DNA of 64,000 nt from Azolla caroliniana. Its lineage: Eukaryota; Plantae; Polypodiophyta. The translations under genes were made by a program, and so were the position numbers. The stretch covers positions 17,608,001-17,672,000 of the forward strand of contig JBHGNT010000002.1 of assembly GCA_043228905.1 (NCBI GenBank), written 5' to 3'. The notes beneath the pieces were generated by a model. The model was not told the DNA's origin and searched no databases. It saw nothing but the letters and a program-made list of their open reading frames with translations. How positions within the stretch are numbered: the first letter of the stretch is position 1; every line of letters begins with the position of its first letter. Below, piece by piece: positions 10,727-22,026 of the stretch.

Positions 10727-13700
10727 ATGGACAGAGGAATGGGAAGCTCACTTCCAACTGAAAAGCTCGACAGGAGCAATTACGCATCTTAGTCGTACAA
10801 GATGCACCAGTACCTGCTTGGCCACGGTTACTAGAGTTACGTCGAAGGAGCAAATGATGCAACACCCGACTCGACACACAAGGACCATCTGTCTTGGGAG
10901 CAAGCGGCAAGTAGAGTGTTGTATTGCTTCGCGTCCTGTGTGAGTGATCAGCTTCTAAGCTATATTCGGGATGCCAAGACGCCAAAGGACGCATGGGCGA
11001 ATCTGAAGAAGATCGTCGCCGCCAGTACAACGGCCAGAAAGCTGCAACTCCGACAGGAGCTCAACAATGTACAACAAAGAGACAGGTCGGTGGCCGAATA
11101 CACCACCAAAATCAAAGAAATCTGCGAATCTCTCGCCTCCGTCAACATGAATGTCGAGGAAGATGAAATGGTGCAGGTTTGTCTTGGTGGGTTAGCATCA
11201 AAGTTCGGAGCCTTCCGAACGGCGGTCTGTACGGGGGAGGTTACGCCTTCATTTTTTGAGCTTCAGTCAATGTTGCTCGTAGAAGAAAACTACGTGGGTG
11301 CGTTGACGAGTATGCACGCTGAGAACAAGATGCTATAAACGGAGGATGATAGACCCCGTGGTCGTGGTGGAGGAGGCGGTTCGGCGCGCAATGGAGGTGA
11401 TCAAAAAGAGCAGGACATGCGGCATAATCGGAATGCCGACGGCAATTCCGGATCCTCCGGAAGTAGGGGGAACAATGGCGGCGCTGGAAGACGGCAAGAG
11501 AAGACCGCACCGGAATGCTGGTACTGTGGCAACAAAGGCCACAAGGAAAGCGAGTGTTGGAAGAAGAACGCCGATTTAGACAAGGCAGGATCAAGCGGTA
11601 GAGACGTAGGAAGGTGTCAAAAATCGCATTACGCGGATGAGTCTGAGCGAGCCGGAAATGGAGCGGATCCTGCCTTCGTAATGAACCATAAGGCCAATTC
11701 GATGGCCGTGAACACCTCAAAACCAAGCGAGGTGTGGTATGTAGACTCCGGAGCGTCTAACCATATGACGAGTCACGAGGAGTGGTTCTCGTACTTGGAG
11801 AAACCGGAATCACAAGGAGTGGTCGAAACCGGCGACGACACTCCACATACCATCGAACATGTCAGCAAAGTTCCCCTCAGCCATGTCAGGCAAAAAGGGA
11901 AGCTAATGAACGTGTTGCATGTCCCGACAATAACAAAGAACCTTGTGTCGATCGGTCAAATCGTCGACCAAGGAATGCAAGTTTGATTCACGCATCTCGG
12001 TTGCTTCATCGAAGATGAAGGTAAAGTGATTGCGCAAGGGCGCCGTGACGGGAGTATGTTTATCCTCGAAACCAACAACATGAGCACTGCTATGTTCGTG
12101 AAAGGGCTGAAGGTCGAGTCAGATATCGAACTATGGCACAAGAGGATTGCCGAAATTTCGGGTCCGTAATGCCCAAGTCTGCGAAGCCTATCAGATGGGA
12201 AAAAATCACCGACTTCCATTCCCCAACGAGCGTAATCTGAGTCGAAATCTACTTGATTTGATCCATTCGGATGTGTGGGGACCGGCACAGAACATGAGCA
12301 TCGGTGGAAGCCGTTACTTCGTAACGTTCATCGATGACTTCACTCATCATACGTGGGCATGCATGATCACGAAGAAGAGCGAAGTGTTCGCATCTTTCCT
12401 GGAGGTGAAGAGCCTCGTGAAAAGGGAAACAGGGTGCAAAATCAAGTGCCTACGGTCCGATGGCGGGAAGGAGTATTTCTCTGACTAGTTCACGAGTTAT
12501 CTACGAAAGGAGGGAATTCGACGCAAAATTCCCGTGTAGATATACGCCGGAGCAAAATGGCGTAGCCGAACAGAACAATCAGACTATTGAAGAGGTGGCC
12601 AGGGCAATGCTTGAAGAGAAACATATGCCAAAGTTTTATTGGGCCGAAGGAGTACTTCTCTGACTAGTTCACGAGTTATCTACGAAAGGAGGGAATTCGA
12701 CGCAAAATTCCCGTGTAGATATACGCCGGAGCAAAATGGCGTAGCCGAACAGAACAATCAGACTATTGAAGAGGTGGCCAGGGCAATGCTTGAAGAGAAA
12801 CATATGCCAAAGTTTTATTGGGCCGAAGCCGTAAGGACGGCTGTATATTTGCAGAATCCGACTTCTGCTAATGGAGGAGTGTTGCCACATGAACTGTATT
12901 TCGGTAAGAAGCCGAACTTGGCACACTTGAGGATTTTCGGCAGCATCGCGTATGTGCACGTGCCGAAGGATAAAAGGAGGAAGATCGATGCCAAAGCCGA
13001 GAAATGTATCTTGGTTGGCTACTCTGACGAGCAAAAGGGGTATAGGTGCTATAACTCCCGAACAAAGGAAGTACGCATAAGCCGCGACGTCGTGTTCGAC
13101 GAGTCTGCTTCGTGGTACTTGCCTTCACCTCCGGAACCTCAAGACTCCATCTGATTTCTGAGGAAGAGGTCAACGAGGCTGAGATGCCTCCACATGATCA
13201 GGACATCGGAGCTCTGAGCGAGATTCCAATCTCATTTCGGTTGAGTGGGCCGAATCAGGGGTTGGGCCGAGATGACCGACCGGATGAGGATATGGCGAGC
13301 AGTGGAGACTCGGTCGTGATGTTCCCACGTAAAGAACCGAGGAGAAGGTTTACGCGTAAGGAGAAGAGCAAGAAGAAGACGCCAAAATACGATTTCGGTA
13401 GCGCCGAGTCAGTTAGAAGCGAATCTGACATTAGGCCAGTCAAGAAGGAACCTCCGCGGAAGAGTTGGAAATCGACTGAAAGGGTCGTGAAATCGGGTAA
13501 TCACGAATTACGCCGATCTACCTACCAGAAGAACCCCGTGAAGAGGTACGGGTATAATGACTACATGGCGCACCATTATGCGTATATGACGTGAGTGGCG
13601 GAAATGCGTGAGCCGGAGAGCTACGTAGAAGCGGCGAAAGACACAAACTCGCGTGCTGCGATGGAGGAAGAGATGCGCGCCTTAACGGACAATGAGACGT

Positions 13701-15694
13701 GGGACCTGGTTGACGCACAGAAGGGTGTAAAGCCAATTGGATGCCGATGGGTGTATAAAGTGAAATACAACACCGATGGCTCCGTCAACCAATACAAGGC
13801 CCGGTTCGTAGCTAAAGGCTACGCGCAGAAGCATGGTGTGGATTACGACGAGACTTTCGCGCCTGTCGCGAAGATGACCACCGTGCCAGTTCTACTTGCG
13901 GTAGCGGCAGCGAAGGGGTGGCACTTACATCAGATGGATGTAAAGAACGCGTTCCTGCAAGGAGATCTTGAGGCACAAGTGTACATGGTACAACTCCCCA
14001 GATTTCTATCTGAACGGAACACTTCGACTGTATGCCATTTGAAGAAGTCTTTATACGGACTAAAGCAAGCCCTGCGAGCTTGGAACACAAAGATTACGCG
14101 GCAGCTGCGTAAGATGGGGTTTACAACATCAAAGTTTGACTCTTCACTATTCGTTCGTCAAGGTCAACATGGCCTTGTAAGACTTTTGTTGTATGTCGAT
14201 GATTTAGTCATCGCCGGCGTCGACCTGACTGAAATCCGCCGCATTAAGTTTCAGCTTGCAGCATCATTCGAAATGAAGGATCTCAGTGACCTTCATTACT
14301 TCCTCGGGATCGAAGTGATCCGTACCCCCGAAGGCATATTGATTAGCTAGCGCCATTATGCGCTGAATATGCTCTTGAAGTTTGGGATGACGGGTTGTAA
14401 GTCCATCTCGACCCCTCTGGATAGAAGCGTAAAACTTCGCCACAACTCGGGAAAGGCTTGCAACGCGACACGGTTCCGACAGATCGTCGGAAGCCTTATT
14501 TATTTAACGATCACACGACCGGGCCTCAGCTACCCGGTCGAACTCATCAGTCAATTCATGTCGCAACCCATGATCGAACATTTTCAGTGTGCGCAAAGGA
14601 TATTGCGATATGTTAGCGGCACGAAAGACATGGCGTTGTTCTATCGGGCAGGCGTAGTCGAACAATTGGTTGGCTACATGGATGCCGATTGGGCCGGAAA
14701 TGCCCACGATCGTCGATCCACATCTAGATATGCGTTTTCATTGGGAAGTGTGGCGATTGCGTGGAGCAGTAAAAAGCAACCGACAGTAGCACTGTCGAGC
14801 ATGGAGGACGAGTATCGAGGGGCGACTATCGCTACTTGCGAAGTCATATGGCTAATACGGCTATTACGGGATCTGCAGATAAAGGTGTCCGATCCGACGA
14901 CGATCTATTGTGACAACCTCAGCAGTATCCACCTTGCCCGAAACCCCATATTCCACGCCGAGACTAAGAACATTGAGGTGCATTATCACTTTGTCTGCAA
15001 GCAGATCCTTTCTGGTGAAGTCGAATTGGTGCATGTTTTCACTGATCGGCAGATTGCCGATATTTTCACCAAACCTCTTGGTCTTGACAAGTTGCAGCTT
15101 TTCTTGGGTGAGCTTGGGATGCGTCACCTCGATACGCAAAACTTGAGGGAGAGGAAGGATCAGGAAGCAGAGTGCACGCCAAAGGAACAGGAACAAGACG
15201 AAAAGTGCACGCTATGCGGATGTCATCACGATGGTGATGTAGAACCGGATGACGAATTCGTTTTCGATATGAAACTGGCTGAAGAAGCCGAAGGAAGCAA
15301 GGACCGTAATTTTACGGAAGAGCTGAGGACAACTGAAGCAGGGGGAGATAAGGTCAAAGACAGGATGTGGTCTGATGTTGAGAAAGGCCTTAGGATCGAG
15401 GACGAATTGGAGATAGCCAATTCGGTCAAGAGCGAAATTCAATCGGAATGTTCGATTCGGACACCGAATCAACTAAGGGCCAAGCGGAGAAAAGGGCAGC
15501 GAAGGATGCGCCAACACCGCAACAACAAAGGAGTTGAGAAGGGTCGTGTGAGCAGACAAGCCGATCGGAAGGGTCGAAGCGCGTGGAATCGAACGGGTCG
15601 AGGAGCACGAGCTAGGCATGGACCCAGGAGGAGCCAAAGCGTAGATCCGGTGGAGTGGACGAAACCTCAAGTTGAGGTTGAGGGGGAGTGTTGA
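10727..15694 (+). pseudogene. gag-pol: Copia-A gag-pol (Gag, knuckle, PR, IN, RT, RNase H, C-terminal extension), disrupted
   Basis: CWYCGNKGHKESEC, WYVDSGASNHM, IHSDVWGP, QMDVKNAFL, YVDD, DADWAG; several stops and frameshifts. Confidence 0.93.
12467..12828 (+). repeat. 179-bp tandem duplication in copia integrase
   Basis: Units start at GAAG 12467 and 12646; third GAAG at 12825. Confidence 0.9.
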
Positions 15695-16449
15695 GTGACA
15701 AGCTCAACATTGGGTACGCAACATGAAGCATAACCCAGTAATGCGTGAATTATTACGCATGGCCGTAACGGTGCAGACACCGCGAGGCCGTTAGAATGAT
15801 ATTCCTCGAGAAGGAATATTTTTGGGAGTGAGTGTAAAGGCTCATTTATGAGCGGTCAAGTACTGTCAGTACTTGTGTTAGCCCATGAGTGAGGGCTTCT
15901 ATATAATGTGCTCACAAAGCACGGTGTCATGGAGAAAACCGTCCCTAGGAGGAAAAAAAGAGATACCGTGCACGAACCAGCCCTTCCATGTGTGGGGGTG
16001 TGAATTGATAACTTGTACATAATTATGTGTAGGGCAGCTGATGTAAATATACTAGGTGTGACATATTTATTAGGAAATCGATGCGTATCTCTGTCCGAAG
16101 GGATAGAGAATAAAGTAATTTGACTGTGAATGAAGGAGAACGGTCTCTCCCCAACGACCTATATAAGGAAGAAGAGATGGAAGAACAGGGGATCATGCAT
16201 GAGCGAGGACGAAGTGCTGTCGGGCCGTGCACCGAGCTCTCTCTCTCCTCCTTCGGTTGTAATTCTCTGCAGGTTTTGGAGATCGTCGCCTCTATTTCGT
16301 GGACAACCCGTGCGCTTCCATCAGAGGCTCTCCCTTTGCATTTTTGTGTTTGGCGTGTGACATCAGTGTGTGTGTGTGGACTCCTGTGTTGGGTCCGTTG
16401 CCGGAGCGCCGGTTGTAATCGTTCTTGGTGTTATAATCAATTTGTTCTA

Positions 16450-16490
<41 letters not shown>

Positions 16491-16501
16491 ACTGTGTTCA
16501 G

Positions 16502-16553
<52 letters not shown>

Positions 16554-18093
16554 CTCACGCTCCTTGGTTCAGGGCCCCCGTGGTCCCGTCTCATTTCACC
16601 CGTGAAAGCGTAGTAACACGACATATTTGGTGAACTCGACGTGAAGGAGGCGGCAAAGGAGTTGAAGATGAGGGGATCTGAGCTTGTTGAAGCTATGGTA
16701 GTAGCCGTTGACCGGCTAGTGAGCGCTCGTGAGCGAAGAAGTACCCTCGATAGAGCCATAGAATCGATTGTCAGCACCATAGGCTGATTTGGTGGTAAGA
16801 ACGCCACAAGCTATTTGGAGACCTATAGAGCCGAGATGATCATGAGAGACATCCCTGAAGATAGGTGGTTGTCCGGGTTCCCTTGAGTGGTGACGCCGAG
16901 CATCCATGCAGAGGTGCTCAAGGTGTTGGTCGGATGCCAGATGTGGGAGGTTTTCGGGCAGCGGCTCCTCGAAAGGTATGGGTTCAACGACTCGCTTCGA
17001 CTGTCGAAGCGGGACTTCATGACATGGGTCGAAAGCCCTAGGAAGGGGAGGAGTACATTGGCGCTCCTCCGGGAATTCGAAACGCAGTTTGCGCGGTTGT
17101 CGGCATTGGACCGAACCGTGCTCGATACGAGCCGGGTACTGCTGTTCATCAAAACAGTTGATGCATTGGACAGGTAAAAGGTAGGTCTCTTGTTGGAGAC
17201 CGACAAAGGGCTCACGACTGACGAGGCCGTGGTCAAAGGAGTCTATAGCCGTTTCGACAAGCGGCGGGAGTGGAGTGATGAAGGGTCGTCGGCAACGAGG
17301 CCCGTCCCGGCAAGGCAGTTCGAGGAGCCTTCGCCGGCACGAAAGGAAGAAACACACTACGTGAAATATGTAAAATACTATATCCGATTTAAAGTACGTA
17401 TAATAAATAAAATAAAATATTAAATATATTTATTACCTGCATAGGGCAAGACTTGAACATTGTACCTCCACGTAGACAAACCCCAACCTTACCATTGTAC
17501 TAACTTATCCTAAGTGTTTTTAATATAGATTTAATACGTATAAGACCTTTATTTACGCCCACCTTTATTAAAAGGTAAGTCATGCATTTTTTAGAATGCG
17601 TGAATACATTATTTATAAGAAAAATGTACACCAATAAAAAATGACTCGTGCACATCTAGCGAGCATGAGCACTATATTTAGGAAATAAAAGCATAGTGTA
17701 AAAAGGCAACTCATGCACATTTAGTGTGCATGAACACTTTAGAAAAAGCATGAAGCTATGCTTAGCCTCATCCATCCTTATATAAGGAGGAGAGAAAGAT
17801 GTATGGGGGCGTGTTGATTTTTTTACAAGGATTGATTAATAAATAAAAAATTTCGTGGGACTCACGATTTCCCTATCTATTTCTCTCTTACATTCTAAGT
17901 ATCAATTAATACACTATACTCGTGGGATTCACGAGTTTTTCATATCATTCTTTCTTACCATATATTTCATATTTTTAATTATCTTAGAATTTTCTTTTCT
18001 CCTAGTCCAAAACCTCGGTGGTTCCCACCCGATTCACGCAACGATCCAGAGCGGAAAGGCAGGACAGAAGTGGTGAACCCGACGTGAAAACGG

Positions 18094-18974
18094 ATGGCAA
18101 GAAGATGGAAAATCAACCGGAGGCTAACAACATGATGATGATGTTCGAGCGGATGCTTCAAGAACAACGTGCGATGTCGGAGATAGCGGCGGCAGTAGAG
18201 CGGCTCGTGCAATAGATCGGGCAATTCAACGGAAAGAACGTATCACGCTATCTTTCGGGACTACAAGGCGGAAATGATACGGTGCGGGATTTCAGAAGGA
18301 CTGCAAGTGACATCCTTCAACCGGGTGGTTACCGACGGGCTTGAAGCAAGTATCCACGGGCTACAACAACAAAATCCGACGTGGGAAGCGTTTGAAGAGG
18401 CACTGAAGACCACCTTCGCTATTGAGGACTCCTCCAAGGCAACGCGGAGAGGATTCGAGGGTTGGGTGGAAACGCCGAACAAGGGGATGAAGGTCCTCGA
18501 TGTGTTTTCGGCATTCAAAAGTCGGTTCGGGAGGTTGTATGCGAGAGATCAAGCTATCCTCGCACCGGACAAAGTTTTCATGTTCTTACGAGCCGTAGAA
18601 GTCCGGGACCGGAAGGAACTTGGAGTGCTTCTACAGGACACGACTATCGAGAGTGGCCTCACCGAAACATGGGAAAGCGGGCAAGATATTGTCACGCGAT
18701 ACACAAAGACGGGGCAATGGCGTTCCAACGAAGAAAAGAGGGTTTCGGAACTGATTCCGAAATCGAGATCCGGATCGGAAGACCATCAACCGTGGCCTCG
18801 GGAGACTACGACCGAGAAGGGAATCGACGCAACCACGGTGGAGCAATTGCTGAAGGAGATGGAGAATCTAAAAATCGTGATGGTGAAGAAGACGGAAGAC
18901 TGTCCCGCAAGTTCCAAGAACATGGACCGTCGATGCATATGGTGCGATAGCAACGAACATGATCGGAGAGATTG
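18094..18974 (+). pseudogene. gag: Copy E gag, N-terminal part, interrupted in its Zn knuckle by Copia-B
   Basis: ORF 18274.. ends CIWCDSNEHDRRDC and resumes at 38938. Confidence 0.85.
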
Positions 18975-19815
18975 TGTTGAGCGGCAAGCCGAACTAGAGC
19001 CGGATCGGTTGAATAAGCCTGAGCCGGCAAGAGAGACGGATCGGTAAGCTGTGAACAACCGAGCCGGTTAGCCGGATCCAATCAATAACTGGAAGCCTAG
19101 TATTAGCATAGACTACAAGGCAATTATAGTCTCATAGTAAGTGTCAAATGCTCGTGTGAGCATTGAAGTACGCGGTGTCGTGAAGAAAACCGTCCACAAG
19201 CGGAATCGGTGCACCGGAGCATAGGAACCGGCTCTTCGTGCACATGCGCCTTATGTTGTACATAGAGGATCCTAGGCAGGTAGATTCGGTAGGTAGGGAA
19301 ACGGCTCCTTCCTTACCTATAAAAGGAGGGAGACGAGGAGGGGCGAAGCATCGCGGAGAGTCGAGGACGAAGTGCTGTCGGTTTGCGGGCGAAGGCTTCT
19401 CTCTCTCTCTCTCTCTCTGGTTCGCGAACGCCATAGCTTCCTTCTGTGCAGGTTTCGGGAGGCTCGCGCTGCTCTGAGGAATGCCCGAGTGCTTCCGGCA
19501 GCACCTCCAACCTACTCCTTCCTCTCTGTGCGTTTACGAGCAGGTATCGGCATCTGTTCGCCGGCCTGTTCGGTTGTAACCGACTTCGTGTTTTGTTGTC
19601 TTCGTGTTCTTGTTGTTTGTCTTCGTTAATACATACATACATTCGTGTCTTTCTGTGTCGCTGTCCCACTTGCGTCTTTGCGTCGAAGGGCCGTGTCCCT
19701 GTGGATCTACGCTCGCACGAAGAGGGTTTCTTCCCCTTCCTCTCTTGCTCTTTGGTACAGGACCCCCGAGGTTCCACCTCATTCCACACATCCGCGAGGA
19801 ATACCTCGACATCTT

Positions 19816-19832
19816 TGGTGAACCCGACGTGA
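19816..19832 (+). promoter_or_regulatory. PBS complementary to the tRNA-Trp 3' end
   Basis: TGGTGAACCCGACGTGA is the complement of TCACGTCGGGTTCA-CCA, the plant tRNA-Trp 3' end as I recall it. Confidence 0.8.
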
Positions 19833-19855
19833 AGGAGGCGACAGAAGAGCAGAAG

Positions 19856-21969
19856 ATGAAAGGGTCGGATCTTGCAGAGGCCATGGCTTCGGCCGTAGAT
19901 CGGATATTGAGTGCACGCGAGGGCACTGGCGCCCTCGACAGAGCCATTGAGGCGGTCGTCGGTACGATCGGCCGGTTCAGCGGAAAGGATGCCACGAAGT
20001 ATTTGGCGTCCTACGGGGCAGAAATGCTGATGCGGGACATTCCGGAAGAGAGGCGTCTTGCCGGGTTTCCTCGAGTGGCGATGCCGAGCATCCATGTAGA
20101 GGTGCTCGAGGTGCGGGCGGAGAGCCGTACCTGGGAGGAGTTCGAAGGCCGACTCCTAGAAAAATACGGGTTGGACGACGCGCTCCGGCTTTCGAAACGG
20201 GACTTCATGGAATGGGTGGAGTTCCCCGGCAAGGGAAGAAACGCGACGGCACTCCTCCGGGAGTTCGAAGAACGCTTTGCGCGCCTTTCGGCGCTTGACT
20301 GAACCGTTCTGGATACGAGCCGGGTCCTACTGTTCGTCAAGTCGGTGGACGAGCCGGACCGGGACCAAGTCGGCTCCTTGCTGGAAACCGAGGACGGGCT
20401 GACAACCGACTGGGCTGCGGTTAACAGAGTCTATGGCCGTTTCGATAAACGGCGAGAATGGGCTGACAACGGGGCGGCCGGTGCGGGCTCTGTCACAGCA
20501 AGGAGGCTTGAACCGGCACTGCAAGTGCGAAGGGAAGAGACCCGGGAATGGCTCGGAACCGGTCCGGCTTCGACCGGCATGGTCAACGGCTCGTCTGGAG
20601 GAGCAGCGCTGGACGAGTTGACGCGGGCAATAAAGGATCTCCCGATCGCCCAGACTCGAAGGGAAGGCAGCGAACCGGCTCGTGACCGACGGCCGGCAGT
20701 AGGGAACAGGTGCATGTGGTGCGACGAGGTCGGCCACATCCGGAAGGACTACGGCGATTTCGCAGAAGCGTGAGGAATCGGGTGGTGTACCTGTGGGAAG
20801 GCCGGGTGCATGCCGGCGACACCAGGAGGGCCCTGAACCGAAACGACGGACGAGGAGGTATGAAGAGACTGATGGAAGAGGCAGCGGCCCGACACGTGGA
20901 AGCCATCCACTACTCGGCGTTGGCCAGCATTCGGGTCGGGTGCAGCGAGGCCCGAAAGGAGGGCAAAGACGGATTCTGGGCGGCAATGCTGGAAGGTCTT
21001 GTCGGCGCACGGCTAAGGAAAGATGCTGAGAGACGGGTCCGGGAAATAACCAGGTGGAGCGATCCGGTCGAGGAGAAGACGGGCTTCGTAGAAGCCGCCT
21101 GCCGGAACTACGAGGCTCTGGTAGAAGACAAGCGAGTGGGGAAAGCCGGAGCGGCCGGGCCCTCACAACGATACGAGACCCGATTCGGGGAACGACGGAA
21201 CGATGCCGGTGGGTCCGGCTTGCAAGATAACCCCAGGAAGGGCGGATACCGATTGGGGACGGAAATAGAAAGGATCACGGACCTACGAAAGGTCCTAGAA
21301 GAACGGATCCTCGACAACAAAGTGGAGCTGTCATTGCGGGAGGTGCTAGGGATCGCCAAGAAGGAGTTCCATGACTCCATTGTAGACTTGGTGAAACGGA
21401 AGAGGCTGTCGACGGAGACGGATCCGGAAAGACCGGTAGAGGTGCGGACGACGCACATCGACGACTTGGCGCTGGCAGATGAGTGGGCGGAGAGCCACTA
21501 TTCAAGGCCACACTGGGCCCGAGCAACCACGGAGACCCCGGTAAAGATCGGATATGTTCAGGAACCGGTGGTGGCATTGGTGGACCACGGTTTGGAAATA
21601 AACCTGATGTCCATGGACTTCTATAAGAAGGGGAAGTGGCCGATCAACACCAAGCACGGGTGGAAGATACGGGCGGCGACGCGCGCCACCGAGGAACTGC
21701 ATGGGGCCTGCCCGAACGTGCGAGTCAAGATCGGCGATGTCGAGATTGACCAGCACTTCTTCATACAGGAGACATCCTCGCACCCGGTCATATTAGGTGA
21801 ACCATACATCACGTCGTCGCGAATGGAGACCAAGGTGCTGGACAACGGTTCGGCCTACGCGAGGGTCAAAAGCCAGGACGGGCGCCATTCGGTGCAATTT
21901 TTGACGGTGCGGCCGAACCACGAGAGAAACCGCGAATCCCTCGGTGGCGAGAACCGGGAGGATTTTTAG
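19856..21969 (+). pseudogene. gag: Copy C Gag-protease ORF1 (one stop, one frameshift)
   Basis: ORFs 19604..20302, 20345..20773, 20710..21969; CMWCDEVGHIRKD, ALVDHG; ends REDF-stop. Confidence 0.9.
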
Positions 21970-22026
21970 AGAGGGCTGCCAAGGCGTGGGGCCGAGGCAG
22001 CCCGAACACTTGGAAAAGGCCCCACG
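21960..22026 (+). promoter_or_regulatory. Predicted -1 frameshift signal with H-type pseudoknot
   Basis: GGATTTT 21960-66; stem 1 21973-80/21996-22003 (8/8); stem 2 21985-93/22018-26 (9/9); -1 frame open into pol. Confidence 0.85.

Noticed and set aside
19238-20302. ORFs within or starting in LTRs (also 25566-26356, 31448-32137, 37681-38621)
   Set aside because: They recur only because LTRs are duplicated and are not shared between LTR types.
21961-21975. Stop-codon readthrough (MLV-type UAG plus pseudoknot) at the ORF1 end
   Set aside because: Pol is in the -1 frame, not frame 0, and the stop varies between TAG and TAA while the heptamer is invariant.
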